From a virus (taxonomy: Duplodnaviria; Caudoviricetes), in the IMG/VR virus record IMGVR_UViG_3300010429_000981, positions 13,722 to 77,721 of that record: a stretch of 64,000 nucleotides of DNA. One strand, 5' to 3'. The position numbers and the translations under genes are program-made. Each line of letters opens with the position of its first letter. Position 1 is the stretch's first letter. The notes under the pieces were generated by a model. The model saw nothing but the letters and a program-made list of their open reading frames with translations. It was not told the DNA's origin and searched no databases. Below are positions 54,605-64,000 of the stretch, piece by piece.

Positions 54605-55735
54605 ATGGCATTGAACATTATATACAGAAGTTCTAAAGGAAGTTCATTAACACCACTAGAATTAGATAATAATTTTAGAGAATTAGATACTAAAAAAGTA
54701 GGCTTATCTCCTACATCAACTTATGCAATATTGCCCAGTGGTAATGATACAAAACCAACATTATCACCGGGTTTATTACGATTAAATACAGTAGTTAATA
54801 ATTTAGAGGGCTATACTGGACAAACTACTACTCCTGAATGGAGAACATTTGGTCAAGTAGGTTATACAGGTTCTCGGGCATATACATACGGTGGTTCGGT
54901 CGGTTCTACTGGAATACAGGGTAGTGCTGGTCCTACCGGATTACTTGGGGCAGTTGGATATACTGGTTCGGTAGGGCCAACAGGTTATACAGGTTCAAGA
55001 GGTTACACGGGCTCAGAGGGGTACATTGGTTCACGGGGATATAGAGGATCTTTAGGTTTAACGGGCAATGTTGGTGTCACTGGTCCTGTTGGTCCAGATG
55101 GCGGAATACCTACTAATAGTTCACAATATTCACAACTTACTCTAAATAGAACATTATCAACTGCAACCTATTATACAATACCTGTTGGAAATACTGTTAC
55201 AGGAGGTAGTCCAGGATTAACTTCTACAAATACCGGACTAGATATCAATAGTTTAGGAATAGTAACAAGTAGTACAAGTGCTACTAATTTAACAGTTCAT
55301 AGAAGAAGAAATACCTCTGGCGTATCTTATAAATTCATGCAATTTAAGTACAATAATACCACATTATCTAATGTATCTTATAGTACTACAGGTGGTGGAT
55401 TTTATGTAGTAAGTGGTTATTTAGATTTTGCTAATACTTCTGATTATCGTATAAAAACTAATATAAGACCTATTAAGAATGTTCTCAATACATTAGATAA
55501 AATAGATATATACGACTTTAATTATATTGGTAGGGAAAATAAACAAATTGGTTATATTGCCCATGAATTACAGGAGTATTTTCCATCGTGTGTAAGTGGA
55601 AAAAAAGATGAAGTTGATAACGATAATAAACCAATTTATCAAGCGATTGATTATATTCCGATGGTTCCTATTTTAATTGCGGCGATTAATGAATTATCTG
55701 AAAAAATAAGAGCAATAAAATTATGCCTGCAATAA
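54605..55735 (+). CDS. collagen-like fibre 1 with S74 chaperone domain
   Basis: Anchor motif, about 28 G-X-Y triplets, SDYRIK...G.IA.E.Q. Confidence 0.82.
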   Translation: MALNIIYRSSKGSSLTPLELDNNFRELDTKKVGLSPTSTYAILPSGNDTKPTLSPGLLRLNTVVNNLEGYTGQTTTPEWRTFGQVGYTGSRAYTYGGSVGSTGIQGSAGPTGLLGAVGYTGSVGPTGYTGSRGYTGSEGYIGSRGYRGSLGLTGNVGVTGPVGPDGGIPTNSSQYSQLTLNRTLSTATYYTIPVGNTVTGGSPGLTSTNTGLDINSLGIVTSSTSATNLTVHRRRNTSGVSYKFMQFKYNNTTLSNVSYSTTGGGFYVVSGYLDFANTSDYRIKTNIRPIKNVLNTLDKIDIYDFNYIGRENKQIGYIAHELQEYFPSCVSGKKDEVDNDNKPIYQAIDYIPMVPILIAAINELSEKIRAIKLCLQ

Positions 55736-56850
55736 CATATAGAACGGCTAAAATATTAACTAATACTGATTTAGATACTAATTTTAGTAATTTAGATAAT
55801 TTTAAGTTATCTAAAGATAGTGATATTGGTGCTGCATCCATTCCAGTAGGTAGTACGGCAGAAAGAAATACTACTACTGTAGGAGCAATACGATATAATA
55901 ATGAAACTAAAAGTTTTGAGGGTGTATATAATACTAATATATGGAAATCAGTAGGGGAAAAAGGATACGTAGGAGATCCCGGAGCAAACGGTGTAGGAGC
56001 AACTGGTTATTCAGGAAGTAAAGGAGTAATTGGGTATGGTGGTTCAAGAGGTGAAAGAGGAATAACCGGTAGAGACCCATTAGGGAAAACTGGATATACT
56101 GGTTCGGTTGGTGATGCTGGATATAGTGGCTCTAGGGGAACCGTTGGCACAACCGGACTAAAAGGCGCAACCGGTCCTACTGGTCCTGCTGGTCCTGCTG
56201 GTAGTTCCCCTACTAATGCTATTAGATATACAGTAAACGCTCTTACCAAAACTGCTGCGTTACCGTTAACATTTAACACCACTAATACTGCACCAGGCGC
56301 CGTAAATAATCCAGAAGCAGGAGTTGCATTTAATACTGGTGGTTCTATTTATGTTAGTAAAATTGATGATGGTGATGGCGGTATTTATTTGAATAGAAAC
56401 GACCAAGGAACTTTATTAGACATAAGGTATCTTGCGGCTAGTGCTTGTAAAATTAATGTGGGATTTAATACACAAAATTATACTCAATGGGTACCACAAG
56501 CCCCATTTACTCTAAGTTTATATAATAATATTTCTGATTATCGGCTGAAAGAAAATGTTATAATTACTAATGATAATTTACCAACCCTTAAACAATTAAA
56601 ATTATATGATTTCACCATTAAAGAGTCTAAGGCTAAATCGTTTAGTTTTATGGCACACGAATTACAAGAAATAATGCCTCATCTTGTTACTAATAAAAAA
56701 GATGAAGTTGATAACGATAATAATCCTATGTATCAATCAATTAATTATATTGGATTAGTTCCATTCTTATTTGCTTGTGTTAAAGAATTAAACAAAAAAT
56801 TAGATAAATTAACTATAAAATTACAAGAAAAAAATGCCAATAAAATATAG
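55723..56850 (+). CDS. collagen-like fibre 2 with S74 chaperone domain
   Basis: Anchor motif, interrupted G-X-Y run, SDYRLKEN. Confidence 0.82.
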   Translation: MPAITYRTAKILTNTDLDTNFSNLDNFKLSKDSDIGAASIPVGSTAERNTTTVGAIRYNNETKSFEGVYNTNIWKSVGEKGYVGDPGANGVGATGYSGSKGVIGYGGSRGERGITGRDPLGKTGYTGSVGDAGYSGSRGTVGTTGLKGATGPTGPAGPAGSSPTNAIRYTVNALTKTAALPLTFNTTNTAPGAVNNPEAGVAFNTGGSIYVSKIDDGDGGIYLNRNDQGTLLDIRYLAASACKINVGFNTQNYTQWVPQAPFTLSLYNNISDYRLKENVIITNDNLPTLKQLKLYDFTIKESKAKSFSFMAHELQEIMPHLVTNKKDEVDNDNNPMYQSINYIGLVPFLFACVKELNKKLDKLTIKLQEKNANKI

Positions 56851-58006
56851 AACGTCTCAAAGTGGTCCATTATCTCATGATGATATGGATGCTAATTTTA
56901 GATATATAAATTCTACTAAAGCAGAAACCACCGGAAATAGTGGTGCGGTATTAATACCCAATGATTATTCAACAACTGCTGGCGTGGTGGGTGCTATTAG
57001 ATTTAACCCGCAATTAAATTTATACCAACATTATAATCAAAATGTTTGGAATAATATTGTAGAACGTGGATACAAAGGTTCTATCGGCGTTGGTGCCACA
57101 AGTATTGGGGCAACTGGTTATCATGGTTCTATCGGATTAACGGGTTATAATGGAAGTGCTGGCCCAACTGGATATGAAGGTTCTGCTGGTTATAGAGGTT
57201 CTGGGGGGGATGTGGGCCGTAATGGTTTAGATAATCTTGTGGTTGGTCCTACTGGTCCCGCTGGTCTTGCTGGCATCACTGGTCCTACTGGTCCCGCTGG
57301 TTCTGCTGGCCCTGCTGGAGATGATTACTTGGTATTACCTACTACTTATCTTGAGGCTAATTCTAATAATAATGCTAATTTATATTATTGTGATTCTAAT
57401 GCTTCTTTTCCAGCCCTTAGTACAACTAACTATGGAGTATCAGTAAGTACTGCCAATAGTTTATATATTAGTTATAGTTCCGCATCATATTTTCGTAAAA
57501 ATGAATGCCCCCTATTATTAAATAGTAATGCCGGTAGTCGTGCTATTTCTTTTACTGGAACTGTTCTAGGCGGGTCTACTCCAACAGAATTAGCCTATGT
57601 ATATTCTTCTTCTAATAATGTTAGTATACAATCCGGTTCTGGAACTAATGATCTTACTTATAGTTCTCTGGAAGATAGTAATACTCATTTTATATCATCT
57701 GATTATAGATTAAAAGAAAATATTACAGAATCTACCTCTGGAATATTAGAAAAAATTAATAAAGTTAAAATCTATAATTATAATAAAATATGGGATGATG
57801 ATGATAAAATATGTTTCGGCGCTATCGCTCATGAATTTCAGGAAATATTCCCAGAATTTGTTATTGGTAATAAAGATGATATGAATGAAAAAGGCGAACC
57901 ATTGTATCAATCAATAGGTTATACTAGATGTGTTCCCTATATTGCTGCTGCATTAAAAGAATTAACGACGGAAGTAGAGGCATTAGAATCTTTAATAAAT
58001 AGTTAA
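56834..58006 (+). CDS. collagen-like fibre 3 with S74 chaperone domain
   Basis: Anchor motif, interrupted G-X-Y run, SDYRLKEN. Confidence 0.82.
   Translation: MPIKYRTSQSGPLSHDDMDANFRYINSTKAETTGNSGAVLIPNDYSTTAGVVGAIRFNPQLNLYQHYNQNVWNNIVERGYKGSIGVGATSIGATGYHGSIGLTGYNGSAGPTGYEGSAGYRGSGGDVGRNGLDNLVVGPTGPAGLAGITGPTGPAGSAGPAGDDYLVLPTTYLEANSNNNANLYYCDSNASFPALSTTNYGVSVSTANSLYISYSSASYFRKNECPLLLNSNAGSRAISFTGTVLGGSTPTELAYVYSSSNNVSIQSGSGTNDLTYSSLEDSNTHFISSDYRLKENITESTSGILEKINKVKIYNYNKIWDDDDKICFGAIAHEFQEIFPEFVIGNKDDMNEKGEPLYQSIGYTRCVPYIAAALKELTTEVEALESLINS
57994..58001 (+). promoter_or_regulatory. possible late promoter variant
   Basis: AATAAATA 30 bp before the glycosyltransferase ATG. Confidence 0.35.
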
Positions 58007-58031
58007 ATATACTTATCATGAGGTGAATCAT

Positions 58032-61000
58032 ATGAAACTATTAATTATTGATACCGGTCCCCTAACTTATAATGGATTTACGTTATTTTCAAGAGGATTA
58101 GGTGGTTCTGAAGCGGCTATTATATTATTAGCCAGTGAATTAGCAAAAATTGATTTTGATGTTACTGTGCTTAATTCTTGCAAAACAGATAGTATTTCTC
58201 CTGGTAAGTATCATGATGTTACTTATATCGATCATTCTGATATAAATTTATTAACAAATTATGATATTGTTATTTCCTCAAGGTCAGTATTACCGTTTCT
58301 TCCTGATAAAAATAATCCATATAATTCTATCATCAAAAATTCCTATAAAGTTGTTTGGCTTCATGATACCTTCTGTACCGGTGATGAATTCCTAGAAGAA
58401 CTTCTTAATAAAAATTATATTGATGAAATATTCACACTCTCAGATTTTCATACTAATTATGTTCTAAATGCCGATCATGGTAATAGAAGAATGTATGAAA
58501 TTCTTAAAAATAAAACATTCCAGACTAGAAATGGTGCAGTAAAATATAAATCAGCAGATATTTCAAAAAAAGATAAAAACGCTTTTGTCTATAATTCCGC
58601 AGTTAGTAAAGGTCTAGTGCCATTATTAGATGATATCTGGCCAATTATTAAACAAAAAATACCTAATGCCTATCTTCATGTTATCGGCGGCTATTATGCA
58701 TTGAGTTCCGGTGAATTAGATGATCAGGGTATTCTAATGCAAAAATTAATGAATGATGATAAGTATAAAAAATTAAATGTTATTTTTACTGGTATCGTTA
58801 CTCAGAAAATAGTGGCTAATATACTATCTAATGCTAGTTATATGATTTATCCAGCACAATTTCCAGAAACATTCGGTATTTCTGTATTAGAATCAATGCT
58901 CTATAATACTCCAGTCATTACCTGTAGATTTGGAGCATTAGAAAGTACGGCAATAGAAAAATCGTGTTATTTATTAGATTATCCTATTGAGCCTAATGGT
59001 TTATTTACTAATGTTAATAAACAAGATCAAGTTAATAGATTTGTTCAATTAGTAATGCGTGCCTATGATGATGAATATCTTTATCAGCAAAAACAACAAC
59101 ATTGTTCTATTATAGAAACTGATGAAATTTATTCCTGGGAAAGTATTGCTCTACAATGGAAACAACATCTTTATTATAAATTAGGACATTATTTACCACT
59201 AGAAGAATATAGAAAAGTTATTAAAATTAATGATAGTGTTAATAGAATATTTGGTATTAAATTTAATAATACTGAACAACTAGAAACTTATCGTAATTAT
59301 TGTTATAAAGAAAAACCAATTAAAATTATTACTCCTGTTTATAATGCGGAGAAGTATATTAAACGATGTATTGATTCAGTAATAACACAAAATTATAATA
59401 ATTATGTTATGTATATTATTGATGATAATTCCTCTGATGGTACTAATGATATTATTAGTTCTTATGAAGATGATAGAATAGTTTTAATTACTAATAAAGA
59501 AAATAAAGGCGCTCTCTATAATCAATATCACGCTATTAATGAATTTTGTTTTAATAACGATATTATTATGTTATTAGATGGAGATGATTGTCTAGTTAAT
59601 AATAATACTATCTTTACTTATTATAATAATATTCATGAGGATTATGATTTTACTTATGGCTCTTGTTTTAGTGAGATAGATGAGATTCCATTAATAGCAC
59701 AAGAATACCCAGAGGAAGTTGAAAATTATAGAGATCATCAATTTACTTGGGGAATTCCTTATACTCATCTTAGAACTTTCAAGAAACAATTAATTAACAA
59801 TATTGATATTGATAATCTAATGAATGATAATGGATGGATAAAAGCCGGTGGTGATAATCCATTCTTTTATGAATTAATCAGTAAAGCAGATAAAAATAGA
59901 ATAAAAGCGGTAAAAGAAATAATGGTTTTATATAATGATAAAAATCCTATTAATGATTATAAGGTGAATTCTACTGAACAAACAATTAATGCAACTAAAA
60001 GCATAGGAAAAGAAATAGATATTAAATCAGAAAAATTCTCAATAATTATTCCTACTATGTGGAAGTATGAACCATTCTGTAGATTTTTAGAACAATTAGT
60101 AACAGTTGATCTTATTGATGAAATTATTATAATTAATAATGACAGCAAAAATACACCCATTAATGATGTGTTAAATAATGAGAAAATAAAATTGTGTAAT
60201 TTTTCTAAAAATATATTTGTAAATCCTGCTTGGAATTATGGAGTATCTATATCCAATAATAATAAACTTGGAATTATTAATGATGATATAGAATATAATA
60301 CTAATATATTTGAAAAGGTTTATGAATATGTAACACCAGATAATGGAGCAATTGGTATTATATTTGATGATTATACCAACAATAATATTACAATTGAACC
60401 CTATATTTCTGGTAATTTATATGGATTTGGTTCGTTATTCTTTCTACATAAGGATAATTGGGTTGATATTCCTAATGAATTAAAAGTGGAATATGGCGAT
60501 ACTATGATATTGGATAGAGATATTAAAAACAATAAACAATTATATTTAATTAAAGATATACATTTTTTTACTCCATGTGCTACAACAAGAGCATTTATAG
60601 ATAGTGGAGAAATATATTATCCAGAATTAAAATCAGAAAAAATTATATATGACAATTTAATGAATGGTAATAAAAATGAACCAAAACCAAACAATAATAA
60701 ATTAGAAATATTTTTTCATGTTTATGTTCCAGATCATGTTAATATAAATTCTTTATGGTGGATAGATGAAGAATTATTAGCAATAGAAAATTCAAACCTT
60801 AAAGAAAATGCAAATATTAATCTTTGTATTACTATTAATAAAACTTTCACAATACCAGTTCCTAAAAAAATAGTATTAAAAAGTATTATAGATCATATTA
60901 GTAGCAAATACAATTATGTCACTGTTCTTGATATTAGAGATACTTCAGAGGAAAATATCTATGAACAACAAACATTAAATTATGTCTATGAATTTTCTAT

Positions 61001-61955
61001 CAATAATCCAAATAAAAAAGTATTATATATTCATACTAAAGGAATATCAGTATTTTCAGAATCACAGAAGGAATGGTTATCAATATTAAACAAATCACTT
61101 ATTCATGATTGGAAAAATTGTATAAAACAACTTGAAACTAATGATGTAGTCGGATTAAATGATCTTTCACTGGCAAACAAACCTATAATTGTTAGTGGCA
61201 ATTTTTTCTGGGCTAATACTAATTATATTGCTACACTTCCTAATCCTAAAGATACACATGAATATAGTAAAAACAATAATAGATATGATTATGAATTATG
61301 GATAACTTCTAAAAAACCAAAAATATCTTTTGTGTATAATACCGAAACAAATCATTATTTAGAAATATTTCAAGATAAAAAAATTCTAATTGCTATTCCT
61401 ACTGATAAATATATTTCGCCTGAAACTTTTAAGTCTATTTACGATCTTAATATTCCTCATGGCTACAAAACACATTTTCAATATTTTTATGGATACAGAA
61501 TAGATCAAGTTAGAAATTTAATAGCAAATTGGGCTAAAGACTATGATTATCTTTTTTCAGTAGATAGTGATATAGTATTGCCTAATGATACTCTTGAAAA
61601 GTTATTAAGAGCAGATAAAGATATTGTTTCTGGATTATATGTTCAGAGAAATGATGATAATGTATTAGAAATATTTACTAATACTAAAGACCGTAGAATT
61701 AAATATGAGGAGATTAAAGATAAAGAATTATATGAAGTAGAGGGAGTAGGATTTGGTTGTGTATTAATAAAATCAGATGTTATTAGAAATATTTCTTATC
61801 CTCATTTTCTATATAAACATGCATTAGATCATAATAATACGTATTCAGAGGATGTTTATTTCTGTGATAAAGCCAGAGAATTAAATTATAAAATATTCGT
61901 AGATACTACTATTCTATGTGATCATATTGGCACTAAAGAATATAAAGTAAGATGA
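58032..61955 (+). CDS. multi-domain glycosyltransferase (GT4-like plus several GT2-like domains)
   Basis: GLGGSE/ETFGIS..E (GT-B); IITPVYN..DD.S.DG..LDGDD; FSIIIPT..IIINND; YIHTKG..GNFFWA; ILIAIPT..DYLFSVDSD; ATG 58032 after GAGGTG. Confidence 0.88.
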   Translation: MKLLIIDTGPLTYNGFTLFSRGLGGSEAAIILLASELAKIDFDVTVLNSCKTDSISPGKYHDVTYIDHSDINLLTNYDIVISSRSVLPFLPDKNNPYNSIIKNSYKVVWLHDTFCTGDEFLEELLNKNYIDEIFTLSDFHTNYVLNADHGNRRMYEILKNKTFQTRNGAVKYKSADISKKDKNAFVYNSAVSKGLVPLLDDIWPIIKQKIPNAYLHVIGGYYALSSGELDDQGILMQKLMNDDKYKKLNVIFTGIVTQKIVANILSNASYMIYPAQFPETFGISVLESMLYNTPVITCRFGALESTAIEKSCYLLDYPIEPNGLFTNVNKQDQVNRFVQLVMRAYDDEYLYQQKQQHCSIIETDEIYSWESIALQWKQHLYYKLGHYLPLEEYRKVIKINDSVNRIFGIKFNNTEQLETYRNYCYKEKPIKIITPVYNAEKYIKRCIDSVITQNYNNYVMYIIDDNSSDGTNDIISSYEDDRIVLITNKENKGALYNQYHAINEFCFNNDIIMLLDGDDCLVNNNTIFTYYNNIHEDYDFTYGSCFSEIDEIPLIAQEYPEEVENYRDHQFTWGIPYTHLRTFKKQLINNIDIDNLMNDNGWIKAGGDNPFFYELISKADKNRIKAVKEIMVLYNDKNPINDYKVNSTEQTINATKSIGKEIDIKSEKFSIIIPTMWKYEPFCRFLEQLVTVDLIDEIIIINNDSKNTPINDVLNNEKIKLCNFSKNIFVNPAWNYGVSISNNNKLGIINDDIEYNTNIFEKVYEYVTPDNGAIGIIFDDYTNNNITIEPYISGNLYGFGSLFFLHKDNWVDIPNELKVEYGDTMILDRDIKNNKQLYLIKDIHFFTPCATTRAFIDSGEIYYPELKSEKIIYDNLMNGNKNEPKPNNNKLEIFFHVYVPDHVNINSLWWIDEELLAIENSNLKENANINLCITINKTFTIPVPKKIVLKSIIDHISSKYNYVTVLDIRDTSEENIYEQQTLNYVYEFSINNPNKKVLYIHTKGISVFSESQKEWLSILNKSLIHDWKNCIKQLETNDVVGLNDLSLANKPIIVSGNFFWANTNYIATLPNPKDTHEYSKNNNRYDYELWITSKKPKISFVYNTETNHYLEIFQDKKILIAIPTDKYISPETFKSIYDLNIPHGYKTHFQYFYGYRIDQVRNLIANWAKDYDYLFSVDSDIVLPNDTLEKLLRADKDIVSGLYVQRNDDNVLEIFTNTKDRRIKYEEIKDKELYEVEGVGFGCVLIKSDVIRNISYPHFLYKHALDHNNTYSEDVYFCDKARELNYKIFVDTTILCDHIGTKEYKVR

Positions 61956-62416
61956 TTACTCCTTATTTAACCATATCTAATTTTATATTAGCAATATTTC
62001 TGGTAATATTCTTTTTAACATTAAGATCATTATATAAACGTGATAAGGATAAAAATGATATATGGGAATGGAAACAATTAGTATCAGAATTAGATGGTAA
62101 AGCAAGTCAAACTAAAGTAATGCAGTTAATAGGATCAATTACTGGTACCTTTATAGTAATTTATCAAACAGTAAAAGATTCTTTAATATCAGAAGTGTTT
62201 ATTGCTTATTTAGCAGCATTAGGATTATCTGCTGGATTTTCAAGATGGTTAAATCATAATGATAGGAATAATTGTAATGATGACTATTCAGATAGATATC
62301 ATGATAATCATAATAGTAGTAGAAATGATTTTAGACCAGATAAAGAAGAAGATATTATTGTTACTGATGATGAAATAACAGAATTTAAGAATAAAAATAA
62401 ATCTATTACTGATTAG
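61952..62416 (+). CDS. membrane protein with 3 hydrophobic segments (holin candidate)
   Basis: Three hydrophobic stretches and a charged C-terminal tail. Confidence 0.5.
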   Translation: MITPYLTISNFILAIFLVIFFLTLRSLYKRDKDKNDIWEWKQLVSELDGKASQTKVMQLIGSITGTFIVIYQTVKDSLISEVFIAYLAALGLSAGFSRWLNHNDRNNCNDDYSDRYHDNHNSSRNDFRPDKEEDIIVTDDEITEFKNKNKSITD

Positions 62417-62510
62417 TAGTTATTCTTTATTAGTAATTCCTAGTATTAATTAGTAGTTATTCCTTATAATTACTTCTTAATATCTTCTAAGATATCTTTA
62501 ACTAATGTAG

Positions 62511-62644
62511 ATAGAATGTATTTAGAACTGTTATAGAATGAATTTATATTGAATAATATTAAATATTTATTAATATAGTACCTCTTGAACCGGACAACAG
62601 ATAAATAATACTCCTTTTTAGAAGCCTTGTCAAGCATTATTTTC
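62511..62644 (-). repeat. 134-bp inverted repeat, copy B, containing a sigma70 promoter on the minus strand
   Basis: Reverse complement of 31834-31967; -35 at 62628-62633 and -10 at 62605-62610. Confidence 0.9.
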
Positions 62645-62701
62645 ATATTTAGTTGATCCAGATCAATGTTTTTGAATGATAATAATCAATATTATTATTC
62701 C

Positions 62702-62709
62702 AATAAATA
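62702..62709 (+). promoter_or_regulatory. possible late promoter variant
   Basis: AATAAATA upstream of the membrane protein/PAS pair. Confidence 0.35.
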
Positions 62710-62744
62710 GTAGATAAAATCTATTGTTTTTTCGGAATAATAAT

Positions 62745-63032
62745 ATGGTAGAAGCAGAGGCAGTTACACACGCAGCAATATTTTTATCTAATGGTAGTAT
62801 TAGTGCCGTTATAGCGATGCTGTTATTAGTAATATTAGCCTTATTATGGGAACGCATGAGAATTCTTAAAAAAATAGATATTTTAACTGATAAATTCCTT
62901 CAGGCTAAAAAGGATGAAATGACATCTATTAAAGATTTAATTACTTTATATTATAATGGTAATATAAGTTTAGTTCAAACATTAACTGAAATTAAATCCG
63001 TATTATCTAATATACAACCTTATCGACGTTAA
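62745..63032 (+). CDS. small membrane protein with C-terminal coiled coil
   Basis: ATG 62745; hydrophobic SAVIAMLLLVILALLW then a charged helix. Confidence 0.6.
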   Translation: MVEAEAVTHAAIFLSNGSISAVIAMLLLVILALLWERMRILKKIDILTDKFLQAKKDEMTSIKDLITLYYNGNISLVQTLTEIKSVLSNIQPYRR

Positions 63033-63036
63033 TATT

Positions 63037-63942
63037 ATGAAAAAAACTTTAGAAAAATTGTTATCCCCAGATGTGTTGCCCATAGATTCGTTATTTGATG
63101 TTAATGATGAAATAAAAAAATTATCACATTCATTTCAATTATTACACGAAACCAGTAATCAAGTATCAGAAGAAGCCAATAATACCGCCAAATATCTTCA
63201 GGAAAAATTGCAAGAAACCACTTATAGATTCTTTTCAGTAATTGATGCTATTAGTGATTTAGTGATTATTAAAGATTCCGATGGAAGATGGGTAACATTA
63301 AATAAATTTGGTCAAGAATTATATGGCTTTTCTTCTGATGATTATTATAATAAAACAAATAAAGAATTAATAGAACTATTTCCTATTCATGCTGAGGGTT
63401 TTGCTAACTGTATTATTACTGATGAAAAAGCCTGGAAATCAAAAAAATATTATCGTGGTGTAGAATCATTTGAAATAAACGATAAATTATATCATTTTGA
63501 TATTGTTAAAACGCCTATTTATAATGAAGATAATACTCCAAAAGAATTAATTATTATTGGTCGTGATATTACCGAATTAAAAAATACCGAATTAAAAAAT
63601 AAAGCCTTTACAGGAGCATTAAATTCTGCCTCTGATAATATTTTTATCATGAATAATAGCGGAACTATTATATTATCTAATGATTCTTTTCTGAAGACAT
63701 TTAAGTTTAAGGAACATAGTGATATAGAAGGTAAAAATATAGCCATTATAAAATCAGGTAAAATGCCAGAAGATTTTTATCCCTATATGTGGAATCGAAT
63801 AAGAAAAAACAAAATTTGGTCTAATAAAATAATTGCTAAAGATATGTTGGGAAATTGTATAGAAACCTTATTTACTATTGTTCCCGTAATGAATGGATTG
63901 CCAGAACCTATCTATTATATTTGCTCTCTGAAATTAATATAA
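63037..63942 (+). CDS. tandem PAS-domain protein without output domain
   Basis: Coiled coil, then DAISDLVIIKD.DGRW..N...KTP.Y......IIGRDITELK, then a second PAS (NIFIMN..G.I..SN..F...IKSG......Y..MW..I). Confidence 0.85.
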   Translation: MKKTLEKLLSPDVLPIDSLFDVNDEIKKLSHSFQLLHETSNQVSEEANNTAKYLQEKLQETTYRFFSVIDAISDLVIIKDSDGRWVTLNKFGQELYGFSSDDYYNKTNKELIELFPIHAEGFANCIITDEKAWKSKKYYRGVESFEINDKLYHFDIVKTPIYNEDNTPKELIIIGRDITELKNTELKNKAFTGALNSASDNIFIMNNSGTIILSNDSFLKTFKFKEHSDIEGKNIAIIKSGKMPEDFYPYMWNRIRKNKIWSNKIIAKDMLGNCIETLFTIVPVMNGLPEPIYYICSLKLI

Positions 63943-63945
63943 ATA
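63938..63945 (+). promoter_or_regulatory. T4-type late promoter
   Basis: Exact TATAAATA before ATG 63970. Confidence 0.6.
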
Positions 63946-63969
63946 CTAATATAAACTAACGAGATTACT

Positions 63970-64000
63970 ATGGCTCAAATAAAAAATTTATATATAGATC
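63970..64000 (+). CDS. start of a probable virion structural protein (partial)
   Basis: MAQIKNLYID; only 10 codons are visible. Confidence 0.4.
   Translation, partial: MAQIKNLYID

Noticed and set aside
2322..63746. Short antisense or alternate-frame ORFs (e.g. 2322, 2713, 5606, 12075, 27052, 28291, 29360, 38209, 56007, 63519)
   Set aside because: They lie inside well-supported genes, have no recognisable motifs, and behave as shadow ORFs.
62700..64000. PAS region as host chromosomal DNA or a prophage boundary
   Set aside because: It is flanked by late-promoter motifs and a phage-like gene start, with no integrase, att site or evident composition shift.
1..64000. tRNA or rRNA genes
   Set aside because: No cloverleaf or rRNA-like segment was recognised by eye; a tRNAscan-SE/Infernal run is needed to exclude them formally.

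Overview
The window is a very AT-rich segment of a large T4-like (Tevenvirinae/cyanomyovirus-like) myophage genome that probably infects a Gram-negative host, since it encodes an outer-membrane beta-barrel and uses sigma70-type promoters. Bases 1-23 kb form an accessory region: an orphan HicA, an intein-interrupted M15 endolysin, five paralogous ADP-ribosyltransferase (ART)-like genes, a macro-like protein, purM, a Zn deaminase, a Cas4-like exonuclease, a SleB hydrolase, a ClpP-like protease, a beta-barrel, repeated early-promoter cassettes, RNA ligase 1, a triplicated small gene, two metallophosphoesterases and a P-loop kinase. Bases 23-32 kb hold T4 core genes 33, 59 and 32, then a minus-strand block (4, 2, tube-like gene, 16, 26, 51, tape-measure/hub with lytic domains). 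Bases 32-58 kb are the baseplate/tail module (48, 53, hub, 5, PAAR, 25, 6, 7-like, 8, DUF4815-like proteins, one fibre and three collagen/S74 fibres). Bases 58-64 kb hold a five-domain glycosyltransferase, two membrane proteins and a PAS-only protein. The strongest leads are: (1) an ART family that lacks the canonical Arg, splits into QxE and ExE types, and carries capsid-targeting-like N-termini with I/L-x-E prohead-protease-like sites; (2) a 134-bp promoter-containing inverted repeat bracketing the 30.5-kb tail module; (3) a probable -1 frameshift joining gp26 to gp51; (4) a promoter cassette inserted behind a duplicated 16-codon gene start; (5) an intein splitting the endolysin Zn site. All family assignments come from motif recognition by eye; no database searches were run.
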